Source of the DNA: the human T2T-CHM13v2.0 reference genome, Homo sapiens
NCBI RefSeq assembly: GCF_009914755.1
Contig: NC_060944.1
Reading direction: 5' to 3' (one strand)
DNA: 64,000 nt
Below the pieces are notes generated by a model that saw only the letters and a list, made by a program, of their open reading frames with translations, was not told the origin of the DNA and searched no databases. Below are positions 34,830-62,165 of the stretch, in pieces. How positions within the stretch are numbered: the stretch's first letter is position 1; each line of letters starts with the position of its first letter. Position numbers and translations under genes: made by a program.

Positions 34830-37800
34830 ATTACTCTGTGCCGGTCACCATTCTAAGTGGTTTATTTACATTCATTTATTTATCCTCACAACCACCCTAT
34901 GAACCTACGAAGTGGTTGTCATTATTATCTCCATTTTACATATGAGGAAACTGAGGCACAGAACAATAAAAGAATCTACCTAAGTAAAGGATGGAGCTAG
35001 GATTGAAAACTAAGCAATCTGTTAGGCTGGGTGCTGTGGCTCATGCCTGTAATCCCAGCACTTTGCGAGACCGAGGCAGGTGGATCACCAGAGGTCGGGA
35101 GTTGGAGACCAGCTTGACCAACATGGAGAAACCCCGTCTCTGCTAAAAATACAAAATTAGCCAGGCGTGGTGGCGCATGCCTATAGTCCTGGCTACTCGG
35201 GAGGCTGAGGCAGGAGAATTGCTTGAAAACCCAGGAGGCGGAGGTTGCGGTAAGCTGAGATCGCACCATTGCACCCCAGCCTGGGCAACAAGAATGAAAC
35301 TCTGTCTCAAAAAAAAAATTATTAATACTTTTAAAGACTGAGCTGTTTAAGAATTTTTGGGGGAATGTTTCTAGCAGTGACTTTTTTTGGCCTTTTTAAC
35401 ATAATGATAGTGTAAAGACAGGAGCCTTACAACTTAGTCAAAGCATTTCATGTGCAGTCCTTCTTCTATCTCCTTAAAATATGTATTTATTTTACATACA
35501 GACTTTTACACTAACTATTGAAAAATAAAGTAGGATCTGCTACAGTTTCCCCTGAAAATTTATAAAAAGTGTTGAGATTGTTAGAAGGCAGTTTTTAATA
35601 CAGGTGCACTACCCTAAAAGACTTGTCTATTGTCAATAAAGTATTTGTGAAATTATTATTTCTGTTCAGAAATACTATTTCTTAAATCTCCTGGGAATTT
35701 GTGGCATACTAAAGCACATTCAAAGTTCTAATGTGTTTATGAGCTCATTTTCAAAATAGTAAGTTTGTCATCTTTAAAATGAACGTAACTTGCTTCCTTG
35801 ATTTCTGAAATGAATTAACTGAAGATTGCTATAGTAATCTTTATTTCATCTTTCTAGAGTTGTTGGCAATTTTTTTATACAACAGTGACCATTAGAGAAG
35901 GGGGGAAGGGATTTTGGGTGTGTATTTGTAGGTACTAAGGGATTTACTAAATATAGTAGAGCACTGTCACACTTGTTCAAGTAGTTTCAAACGTAGAAAA
36001 TTAAGTATCAGAGGCAGGTATAGGGAGCAATGTAGTCTTTTTTTTTTCTTCAATTTTAAAAATTTTAAATTGTGGTAGAAGCAATGTATCCTTAAGGTGA
36101 AAAACCTACCTCAGTTACATGTGGTTTGTGTTTTCTGGATTAATCTGGATTTTATAATTAGAAATAAAAATGTAAGATTTTGAATCCACTTAATAATTTC
36201 TTGAAAATAATACAAGTCAGTGTAATAGAGAAGCATTCATATATTCAACACTGTAAGACAAAACAGCAGAGACCTTGGATTTGATAATTGATCTGATATC
36301 CTGGACAGTATTCATATGTACAGTGATAGGTATGTTTCTTTGGGGTTTTTTTGTGTGCATATGTGTGTAGTTTTATCGTTCTGAGTTGGTGACCAGTAAG
36401 TTCCATGTAGTGCTGGCACTTATTTAATAACTATTCATGATTTTGTTAATAACTTGTTACAGGATTCAGGCATATATTTTCAGCATAAGAAGCCAGACAC
36501 ACCAGCTTGTCATTGGAGATAATATATTAAGTGAGAAAAACATTCAGGAATCAGAACTTTAACATGTTAAAGTTAGTGCTAAACATGGTCATATTGGGTC
36601 TGAACCTATCCTAATATGTAACCATAAAGCTTGACTTTTGCATTGGAACTATGCTTTCATAAATAAAGGATATCCCATGGGATTGTAATTGTAATCCCAT
36701 ATTATCTGTAATTGTAATTCCCATATTATCTGAGAAGTAGTGTGACACCTTTCTTTTGTTGTTACATTAAGCTGAAAACATAATACTAATAGACGACTAA
36801 CAGTTTGCTTATCAGGCACATCAACTAAGGCACCTCCCCCCATGCTAAGTTTCTCCTGGATATATGGAAGTTGGTTGTTTCCCAGTTTAAAAACTTGAAC
36901 TAATATTACCTAAGAAAACCTGAGCCCATATTGTTTTTATTTTACTTAGCTAGAATCTCATAGCATGTTAAAGTCATACCTTATCCCCACTAAAAATAAC
37001 TATGTCTATGTGAGAGGAATATTATGTGTGGGAGCTGTATTAAATACTATTATAGGTGTTACAGAATCTTTAAATAAATGGACGTGGACCAACCTTCCAT
37101 CTAGTAGTGTACGATCTATATAGTGCATGTCAGTAGCACAAAATGCAGTCTTAGTTAGCATTAGCCTGTCTAATCTGAATAGTTTACTCAAAAGTACTTC
37201 TTTGTGTTAATTATTCAGCCATTGTTTTTAGATCTAGTTAATAGGTTCTATTTAATTTGCTGCAACATTTATTGAATGGGTGAGTGAAAGAACTGATGCA
37301 TATTGGGAAATATCTTACCATTTTTTAAAGATAATGTTACATTAGGAAAAGAACACTTTTAAGGAATTTATAGCAGTGATGAAATGAATTCAGTCTATAT
37401 CAGATACACCAAACTGTTGATGGTATTTAAATGTGACTGCAAGTTAGTATTTCTGTATATATTATTGATTACTGGTTTGTTTTTAGATATGTAAGTCTGT
37501 CCTAATCTACGGTTCACGTATTGACAGTTGCTCTGGTAATAATAGAATGTTAGTGATGATCACTTGGTGGATGTTGATTAAGTGCCTGTGTTTTGTTTTG
37601 TTTCCTCCTCTGGATACCAAATAGGTGTATGCTACTTTTTTGGTGAACTTATTTCTTGGAAGATTTGGTTATGCTATTCAGGGTTTTTATTCTTATGTTT
37701 TTCTTCTAAACTTAAGCAGCATCCTGCTGCTACCATATTAAAGCTCAAATTTAACTTTTGTGGAAAAATCAGCTAATTCAGGTAATCCAAATATTTGTGG

Positions 37801-38015
37801 AAAAACATCTGGGTAATTTATTGACCACATTAGTATTGTGTAGACAGCTTTGATTATTCCCATTGCATAGGTTTTTATTGTAGAATAGTCAACTTAATAT
37901 AGATTCACTTTTAATTTACATGTATAAAGTAATACTCAATAAAAATTTTTTCATTTATTTAAAAAAAAGAAAACTAAGCAATCTGGCTCTAGACTCCATA
38001 CTTTTAGATTGCTGT
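34830..38015. mobile_element. MIR element split in two by the 35022-37968 insertion
   Basis: Left half ccattttacatatgaggaaactgaggcacaga...gagctaggattgaaaactaagcaatctg resumes after the insert as gctctagactccatacttttag. Confidence 0.7.
35022..37968 (+). pseudogene. L1-mediated retrocopy of an unidentified mRNA 3' end (Alu + ~2.6 kb AT-rich 3'UTR-like sequence)
   Basis: Perfect 17-bp TSD GAAAACTAAGCAATCTG at 35005-35021 and 37969-37985; AATAAA 37938-37943, then A8 at 37961-37968; splits a MIR; no credible ORF. Confidence 0.8.
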
Positions 38016-38231
38016 ACCATTTCTCATCATAATGCTTGACTCTTAGGTGATATTTTGTCTTCTCCTGAGTCAGGCCTGGTGGTTACTATTTTCCCATTTT
38101 ACAGATGAGGAAATTGAAGCCCAGAGAGGGGATTTGACTTGCTCAAGATCACAGAAATTTTCTGGTGTAATGGAAGGGGCTGTGAGCCCAGGCCAGATCT
38201 CCTGCAGTAGATAATAATCACACTAGCAGTT

Positions 38232-40810
<2,579 letters not shown>

Positions 40811-40849
40811 TGCCTCTAAACACATACACACAAGACACAACACAACACA

Positions 40850-41330
40850 CAGAGGGAACTTAATGTGGAGAATTAGCTACAAAGTTGTTTTATGGGTAGA
40901 AATAGCAACCAGGGGAAGTTGAGGCAAACCTGAGATTAGCAACTTCATGAAGCTGCTACCTCACCCAGGGCTGGAAGTATTCATATCAAGGGAGGAGGTA
41001 GCATTACTGGAGACCAGCAACTGGGGCCACCCTGAGAGAAGCTGGAATCACAGCAGGTCTGTCTAGCAGGAGCTGAACCATGAAGGAGTCATTGCAACTG
41101 CTAAAGATCCCCCCACCCCATCCTTCCCGAAGACGAGAGAAATGGAGGAGAAAGACCCTGGCTTCTCCCTTCTTTCTCTCCAGTCTCTCACCAGGACTTC
41201 CCATTGGCCAATCCTAGCCAAAAGCCAGTTGGCAAGGGAGTCCAGGAAACATGGTTTGCAGGGATTAGCCTCTGCTGCACGGAGCAGAGCAGAAGGGCAG
41301 AGAATGGATTTGAGACAAACAGAAAAATTA
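40850..41330. mobile_element. Old MLT1-type LTR fragment
   Basis: cccattggccaatcctagccaaaagccagttggcaagggagtccaggaaacatggtttgcag. Confidence 0.55.
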
Positions 41331-42182
41331 CCTGGCCCAAATTATCCCATACCTAGGAAGGATTGCATTGTGTATGCATTGTCAGGCAGTGCCCCTCCCC
41401 CAAGTCCATGTGACCTTTTTAGTCTCTTTATCTTTCTATGTCTGCCTTAAGTATCACCTCTTCCAGGAAGCCTTCTTCCCAGCAGAGCTGGTATTTCCCT
41501 TCAGCGCGTTCCCCTAGCATGCTCTGCCTACCTCTGTCACAGAACACACACCACCGTGAGATGCTGCCAGTTACCTGCCAGGCTCCTCGATGGACGGAGC
41601 CTCCCAAAGCCAGTCCTGAGTCTGTTTTGTTTCTCTGCTGAGCAGAAAATGATTGTTGAATGAGTCAGCTGTTGGAAGGATAACATGGGGCAAGGAACTC
41701 TAGAGTCAGACCAAACTGAGGGTCCACAAGTCTCAGTCTCCTCATCTGTAAAACGGGAACTTTGAGGAGTAAAAGAGAGAATGCGTGGCAGTGCAGTTAA
41801 GCTCATAGGCTCTGGAATCAGAACATCTGCAGTCAACCCCCAGCTCCGCTTGGAGTTACTTAACTTTCTACTCCTCTGTTTCTCTCTTATAAACTAGGGA
41901 TGATATTAATATTTCATATGGTATCTGTGAGGATTAAATTAAACTGTGTGGAAAACAGTGCAAGTGCTTAATAAATGTACCTAGTATTATTATGTGTGGT
42001 GCCTAGTCACATGCCTGAACGTTGCATAGGTAAGAGGATATATATCAAACAGGGAACTTTCTTTCTTTCTTTCTTTTTTTGAGATGGAGTCTTGCTCTTG
42101 TCACCCAGGTTGGAGTGCAATGGTGCGAATACAGGCGTGAGCCACCGTGCCCAGCCTTTAATTTTTAATTAAAAAAAAATAG

Positions 42183-42317
<135 letters not shown>

Positions 42318-42515
42318 TGACCACTGTAGCCCCATTACCAAGCATAGTCACTGAAACGTAGTAGGTGCTTAGTCAATCTTTGGGGTTGTTTTTTAGGACA
42401 GGGTCTTGGTCTGTCACCCCGGCTAGGGTACAGTGGTACAAACATGGCTCAGTGTAGCCTTGACGTCCTGAGCTCAAGCGATCCTCCCACCTCAGCCTCC
42501 CCTGCTCCCAAGTAG

Positions 42516-42864
<349 letters not shown>

Positions 42865-44424
42865 CTTTTTTTAATTTTTATTTTGTAGTGACGAGGTCTC
42901 ACCATGTTGCCTAGGCTGGTCCCTAACTTATGGACTCAAGCGATCTGCCTGCCTCAATCCCCCCAAGTGCTGGGATTACATATGTGTGCCACCACCCCTG
43001 GCTTCAATCAATCTTTTCTGGGCCATAGAACAATGGCTGAGTTTCATTTGATAACATCAGTCTGCCTGTGAGTCCAGTGTCTAGTTCTGTGACCTTCCCC
43101 TCTGTCCCAGGCACCACAGAGGATATTCGGCCTACACCACCAGCCCAACCCTGGCACTGAGGCCTCTCCAACAGGTCAAGGGACCACCCTGGGATTAAAG
43201 GTGGGGACTTTGGAGCCTGGGAGGAGGGGGCATGCATGGAAGCAGACAAGGGTCTAGAGCAAAGGACTAGCAAAGGAATCTAACACTTATTGAGCATCTA
43301 CTGTGTGCCAAGTGCTGTACACACTTTATTGCATTTCATCCTTACAGCAGCCTGCAAAGCACAGATTGTTATGCCCACTTCAGAGGTGATGAAATGTGAG
43401 TTCCAGGGGTGAAGACACTCACCGAAGGTCATACAGAAATGAAGGAGCACAGTTGGATTTGAACTCCAGACTGTCTGACTCAACCCCCTGTTCTTTTTTC
43501 TTTCTTTTTTTTTTCTTTTGAGACAGAGTCTCGCTCTGTCTCCCAGGCAAGATCTTGGCTGTACAGTGGCAAGATCTTGGCTCACTGTAACCTCCACCTC
43601 CTGGGTTCAAGCAAGCACATCCAGCTTATTTTTGTATTTTTAGTAGAGACACCGCTTTAGCCAGGCTGGTGTCGAACTCCTGACCTCAAGTGGTCCACCT
43701 GCCTAGGCCTCCCAAAGTGCTAGGATTGCAGATATGAACCACTATGCCTGGTCCTCCCTGTTCTTTTCACTGTACCCAAGCTGCCTCCCAGAGGAAGGAG
43801 GAGGTAGGGGAATGGAAGGCAGGAGGAGGCAGGGGAATGGAAGCTGAGCCTCAAGCCATACGGGAAGCCATGAGAGCCAATGCTGAGGCCAGGCTCAGGC
43901 AGAATGACAGCTTGAGACCATGACTTTGACAGCTGTGCCGAGGTTGGCCTGAAAGCAAGTGGCTGGGGAAGACGAGCTGTGATTGTCAAGACAAGAGATA
44001 GCCAGGGGCTTCAGCAGGGCGCTGAGGAGGTGCTGGGCCCCGAACAGAATGTCCTTGAGCCCCGAACCCAACAGAACAAGCTCCCTACTTACTTGCTCTG
44101 TGACCTTAGCAAGTCACTCAATCATCTCAGTTGGGCGTCCTCACTTGTCACACAGAGTCACCACACATGCTGAGTTGCCAAGGGATGACATGAGACAATG
44201 CAAGGAGACAGAACTGGGTCAAGTCCAGGTGAGGACTCAATTACCAATTAATCTATGATCTGAGGCAAGTCACTTCACCTCTCTAAGCCTCAGTCTCCCT
44301 ACCTAGCAAATGGGCACAGCTCCTGTCACACCAGTTTGCTGTGAAGATGTAGTGATTAAAGTATGGGCTCTGGAGTAGGTTTCCCTGGGTTCAAATCATG
44401 TTCCACCACCTTAAGTTGCTTGGT

Positions 44425-44474
44425 TCTTTTCTTTCTTTCTCTTTCTTTCTTTCTTCTTTTCTTTTTCTTTCTTT

Positions 44475-44526
<52 letters not shown>

Positions 44527-44617
44527 TCCTTCCTTCCTTCTTCCTTCCTTCCTTCCTTCCTCCCTCCCTCCTTCTCTCTTTCTTTCTTTCCCCTCTCTCT
44601 CTTTCTTTCTTTTTTTC
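44425..44617 (+). repeat. (TTTC)n/(TTCC)n polypyrimidine microsatellite at an Alu tail
   Basis: About 190 nt of C/T only. Confidence 0.95.
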
Positions 44618-44767
44618 AGACAGAGTCTCCCTCTGTCTCCCAGGCAGGAGTGCAGTGGCGCAATTTCAGCTCATTGCAACCTCCACCTCCTGGGTTCAAA
44701 GGTGATTCTCCTGCCTCAGCCTCCCATGTAGCTGGGATTACAGGCTCTCGCCACTGCGCTCAGCTGA

Positions 44768-44938
<171 letters not shown>

Positions 44939-45509
44939 TAGGAATTGCTAGGTTTTTCTGTACCTTGGTTTCCTCCCCTGGAAAGTGGAGGGTGAAGATA
45001 AGCACACTTACTTCATGGAGATGTGATATTAAATGATCTCCTCACCAGGAAGAACGCAGAATGGCGTCTGGCACAGGTGAGCTCTCTGTCACTGAAATCA
45101 TGAGCCCTGGGTCTAGCACCTAATAGTAACTAATGCTTGCTGCTTGATGGGCACCACTTTGGACACTTTACGCTTTGACTGTAATCCTCAAAGCAGTCCT
45201 ATGAGCTAGGTAATATGACTGTCCCCATTTTATCCATGAGGAGCTGAGTTATTCTGATGTCCAATGACTTGCCAGAGGTCACACAGCAGTCAGGTCCCAG
45301 ACCAGGATTTGAGCTCTGGCAGACTCTGTTATTTATTCATCTCTAATGAAGTCTTCACAAATGGTGCAATTAGGACGTCTACGTTATGTATGAACGTGTT
45401 TTGGAACCAGAAGAGATGTAAGTGGAGAATGCCTTCAAGGAGCCCTAAAGGCTGGGCGAGGAGGGTGGGGTGAAAGGATGGAGGGACCACTCTGTTCAGC
45501 TCCCGTTTG

Positions 45510-45528
45510 CTGCCAGCAGGGGGCACCC
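45510..45528 (+). promoter_or_regulatory. CTCF core motif
   Basis: CTGCCAGCAGGGGGCACCC matches the CCASYAGRKGGCRS consensus, in a CpG-enriched non-repeat patch. Confidence 0.7.
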
Positions 45529-45714
45529 GCTGCCTCCACCAGGTCTCCCAGACCTGAACCAGGAGGCCGGGCTGGAGACCTGTCCAGTGGCCCATCCAGG
45601 CGGACCTTGGGGACCACGCGCAGGGGCTGCAGAGAGTGGCGGTGTTAGCCCGTGCAAAGCCAGGGGCATGCCAAGAGAGGTTTATCTCCCCAAGCGGGCT
45701 GCGGAGCTGCCTCA

Positions 45715-48555
<2,841 letters not shown>

Positions 48556-48717
48556 GTGATAGAATTGTATACTTAAAATAGGTGAGTCTTGTAGGCGTGA
48601 GCCACTGCACCCGGCCTTCTAAGTACATTTTTAAAGGAGTATAACATAGAGAACATAGAGAAATGTGCACAAACTGTAAGTGTACAGCTTGATGAATTCT
48701 CACTAATTGTACACACC

Positions 48718-54912
<6,195 letters not shown>

Positions 54913-55319
54913 CATCTGTAAACTTTCAAACTTTGCCTTGTATCAGGTCACCTGGGGATCTTATGCAGGTGAGGCAGATTCTGATTCAGTATGTCTGTGG
55001 TCTGGCCCGAGATTCTGCATTTCTGACTGGCTCCCAGGTGATGCCAATGCTGCCGGTCCGTGGATTACACTTTGAGTAGCAAGCCGTTAGACAACATTCA
55101 CATCTTTCCTGGCCCTCACTGCAATGACGACTTTAAAAACAGGTTGGAGTCAGGCTCAGCAGGGCCTTGGATGCCAGGCTAAGGAGTTCAGCGTTTATTC
55201 TGGAGGCAATAAGGAGCTGGATGCTGGGTGCTAGAGGGGCTGAGCTATTGCAAAAACAGGAGAGAGAGGTGGCAAGGCTGAAGCTCAGGCAGAGGCAGTG
55301 GGAATGCAGAGGATGGTGG

Positions 55320-55711
55320 TGTCCTGGGCTGAACTGTGTTTCCCTCAAAAAATTCAGTGTTGAAACCTTAACCCCTAGCACTTCAGAAGGTGACTGTATT
55401 TGGAGATAGGGTATTTAAAGAGGTAATTAAGTTAAAATGAGGTCATGGGAATGGGCCTTAATCCAATATGACTGGCGTCCTTAAGAAGAGGAAATTAGGA
55501 CACAGACATGCACAGAGGGGAGACCATGCGAAGACAAGGAAAGTAGATGGCCATCTACAGACCCAGGAAGGGGGGCTCAGAAGAAACCAGCCCTGCCAGC
55601 ACCTTGATCTAGGACTTCTGCCTCCAGAACTATGAGAAAATACATTTCTGTTGTTTAAGCCACCCATCTATGGGACTTTGTTATGGCAGCCCATGCAAGC
55701 AAATAAATACA
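55320..55711 (+). mobile_element. MLT1B solo LTR, near full length
   Basis: TG...CA ends, ~390 bp; gtgactgtatttggagatagggt...gaggtaattaagttaaaatgaggtcat...ctgttgtttaagccaccc. Confidence 0.85.
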
Positions 55712-56389
55712 GAGGGGCTGGATTAAAGAGGACTGTCCAGGTTGTCAGTTACTTGAATGTCATTGTGGGGGGCTATCGGATGCCATACAGGTGATTTGGA
55801 AATTGGGAAGGCCTGGGAATGAATAGGAAGCTGGAGGAGGGGCCCAGAGGGAGGAGCAGGGCTGGGGAGGACTGGATTTGGACCAGGTTACATTGGAGGT
55901 GCCACTGGGACCTCGGCAGGTGCTACCCAGGGGGCTTTAGGAAATGAGGCCAGTGGTGCTTTCCGTTAAAGCCAGGCACTCAGGGAGTGAGGAGAAGGAA
56001 GAGAATGGTCCTGTATTAGTGGGGGCCCTGGGTTTTAAATAAGCAAAACTGGCTCAGGCTAACTTAAGCAAAAAGGAATGTACTAAACAGATTTCTGGAG
56101 GCTCACAGCAGCGATGTGAAGGCTCAAGGCCAAGCTTGGAAGGTGAGCTGGTGTCGAGGGAGACTGGCCCACAGTGGGCACGATCAGGAACGCGTAGCAG
56201 GGTCAGCCTGGACTGACCCTGGAGGACCCTCAGGACTGCTGGGCTCTGCTCATACATCAATCCAGCAGTCTCCTAAGATTCAGAGATCTGGGGGGAGCAT
56301 CCTATAGCCCAAACCCAGTCACATGTCTGCATCCCTGATGCCCGGGGGAGGTTTCCAGTGGGAGGATACCTCTCCATCCCTGGAAGATT

Positions 56390-57950
56390 AAAGATGGCTG
56401 CACGCTCTGTGATACTCCTTTCATATCACAGGAGATAGAGAATTGGGCTCTATCTTCCTCTCCTGGCCTGTGACTGCTTTGGCCAATAGAATACAGTGGA
56501 TGTGACACTATGCCAGCTTCAGGCCCAGACTTTAAGGGAAGTGGCAGCTTCTGCCTTGGTCTCTGGGAGCCCTGAGTCACTCACTCCGTAAGAAGACTGA
56601 CTGGAGAGACCACATGGAGATTACGTGGGGAAGGGAGAAGGGCACACTACAGCCCAGCCTTCCAGCTAGCTCTGCCAAGACCCCAGTGTTTTATATACAT
56701 ATTTTTCTTTTTTATTTTAGAGATGGTGGTCTTGCTATGTTGCCCAGGCTGGTCTCAAACTCCTGGGCTCAAACAATCCTCCCACCTCGCCCTCCCAAAG
56801 TGCTGGGATCACAGGCATGAGTCACCGCACCGGCTGACCCCCATGTTTTAAATTGTACCTGGGATTTTGTTTTTATTCAGGTATGGCGAGGCCAACAGAT
56901 CAGGAGATGATTGTCATTGAAAGACAGTTGGTTAACCACAGTTCTCAAGAGGAGGGGGCATGCCATGTCACACAGGGCCACATGGGGAAGTACCAGCATC
57001 AGTCAGGAGGCAGAAGGAGGAAGGGGGAAGTGTGGGCCAGAGTCTTCATTGTGATTTTGGTGGGAAGGAATAGGCAAGGCAGGGTAGACAAGCTGGATGG
57101 GTTTAGGACTGGCTAGCTTGAACAATTCCCTTGGGTTCTGGGCTATAGGGGTGGTCCCTAGTTGTCTAGTACCTAAGCAGGATGATCTAGAATGGGGGAT
57201 AGCATCCTGAACTGCAGGAGCTGATAAAAGGAGGTAGGAGGTGGATGGGGGTTATGGAATCAAGATTGGTTGGTTTGCACATTAAGAGGTGCTCCCAGGC
57301 AAGATTGCCATCTCTAGGAATTAGCTATCCCTAGGAGGGGCAGTCCCTTTTCGGGTCCATAAGGCCCCTGGATGTCAAAGCATCATAAAATACAGAAAAG
57401 AAAAAACACGATTAATAGGCCAGGCGTGGTGGCTCACACCTACAATCCCAGCACTTTTGGAGGCTGAGGCAGGAGTATCACTTGAGCCCAGGAGTTTGAC
57501 ACAAACCTGAGCAACATAGTGAGACTCCATCTCTGCCAAAAACAAACAAAAAATTTGCTGGGTGTGGTGGCGCATGCCTGTAGTAGCAGCTACTCAGGAG
57601 GCTGGGGCGGGAGGATCACTTAAGCCCAGGAGTTAGGGGCTGCCATGAGCTATGTTCGTGCCACTGCACTCCAGCCTGGGAGAAAAAGTGAGACTCTGAC
57701 TCAAAAAATAAAAAATAAAAACATGATGAATCCATCCAGGAATGGGAGTAAAACATCTTGGACTTTCCAGTCCACACTGAGCCACCAGCTGACTCCCTCA
57801 GCTGAGGCCTCAGGCATCATAGAGCAGAAGGAGCAGCCCTGCTGTGTTCTGTCCAAATTTCTGACCCACAGAATAGTGAGATACAGTCACAATAAATTGT
57901 TTCAGAGCCTTTAAATTTCGAGGCCGTTTGTCATGCAGGTGTAGATTTCT
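56390..57950. mobile_element. MLT1 LTR pieces with nested MER21-like LTR (~56855-57400) and Alus
   Basis: tgactgctttggccaatagaatacagtggatgtgacac; tattcaggtatggcgaggccaacagatcaggagatga; tttctgacccacagaatagtgaga. Confidence 0.6.
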
Positions 57951-59139
57951 GGAGCCCCTCCACCCTCCAAGACTCACTCATTAGCAGATTCCTTCCCAAT
58001 CTCAGAAGGGACTTGGGAAAGATAATTCCATGATTGGTTAAAGCCATGACTCCCATGACCATATAATCAGCTTAATTTTAACTCCCATTACAAAGATGAA
58101 GAAACTGAGGTTCAGGGAGGGAAAGTCATTTACCCAAGGTCACACAGTGCAAATTCAAATCCAGGTATGCCAGATTCCAGCATCCAGCCCCTTCCACTGT
58201 ACCAGCTGTCACCTAGTTGGCCTCTTTATGGAGCCCATGGTTGGAGCTGAGAGAGCCTTATGGATGGTCTCCAAACCAGGCCCCCCATGAATCTCACCCG
58301 CCCCCTCTCCATGTGCTCCCCGTGTTTTCCCATTGGAGAAATCCCGCATCGCCTCTCATCAGGAGCTGGGCTGGAACTGCTACTTCCAGACCCTGGGAAG
58401 CTTCGAGTGCTTCCCTTCCGCTGGCCTTCCTTGCATCCATGCAGAGACTGTGCCATCTTCCCTGCATCCCAGCACCCCCGGCTTCAGGTGTATCAAAGTC
58501 CCAGCGCTGCGTGAAGTTCAGGTTTGAACACATCTCAGCAGGCTTTGTGAATACATTAGTTTTTGTTTTCCCCTAACATGCCACAGGGGTGGGAGGAATG
58601 GGAGGGGGCACTGGAATTTAATATGCAAATGTATGCAGATCGCATCTAAATGAGGGTGTCCCAGGATTAATGGGAAGAACAGGCAATCAGAGCAGGCCCA
58701 GCCCAGCCTGCAGCCCTGGGACTCTGCAGCAGCACAGTCAGAAATGACTCTCCGGGGAGGGTGTCTTGGGCTCTTTTACAGAGCGTGTTCTTTGAAGCAA
58801 TGTCTCCGCAGCACAGGGGAAGGAAGAGCTGCGGAAATTGGTTCTGGATACTTCCTGGCAAAGTGTTCTCAATTGCTTCAACTATGTTGGGGGTGGGTGG
58901 GAGAGAGGGGGTAGAATCTCTGAACCTCTCAGTGAACACAGCCAGCAGCGGCTGTCCCTATCAGTGATTTCTAAACCGAAGGAGCTTGCTAACATCTACT
59001 TCCAGATCACACTGATTACTAAACCAGAATCTCTTGAGAACCTTTGTTTTTTAAAAGTCCCTGGCTTTAGGAAATACTGACACTAACCAGGCGTTCTTAA
59101 TCTGGAGACTCTTACAGGTTCCGGGGCCCGGTATAGCAA

Positions 59140-62165
<3,026 letters not shown>

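Noticed and set aside
36649-37776. Short ORFs inside the AT-rich insert
   Set aside because: About 60 aa with no recognisable homology; the insert looks like UTR, not CDS.
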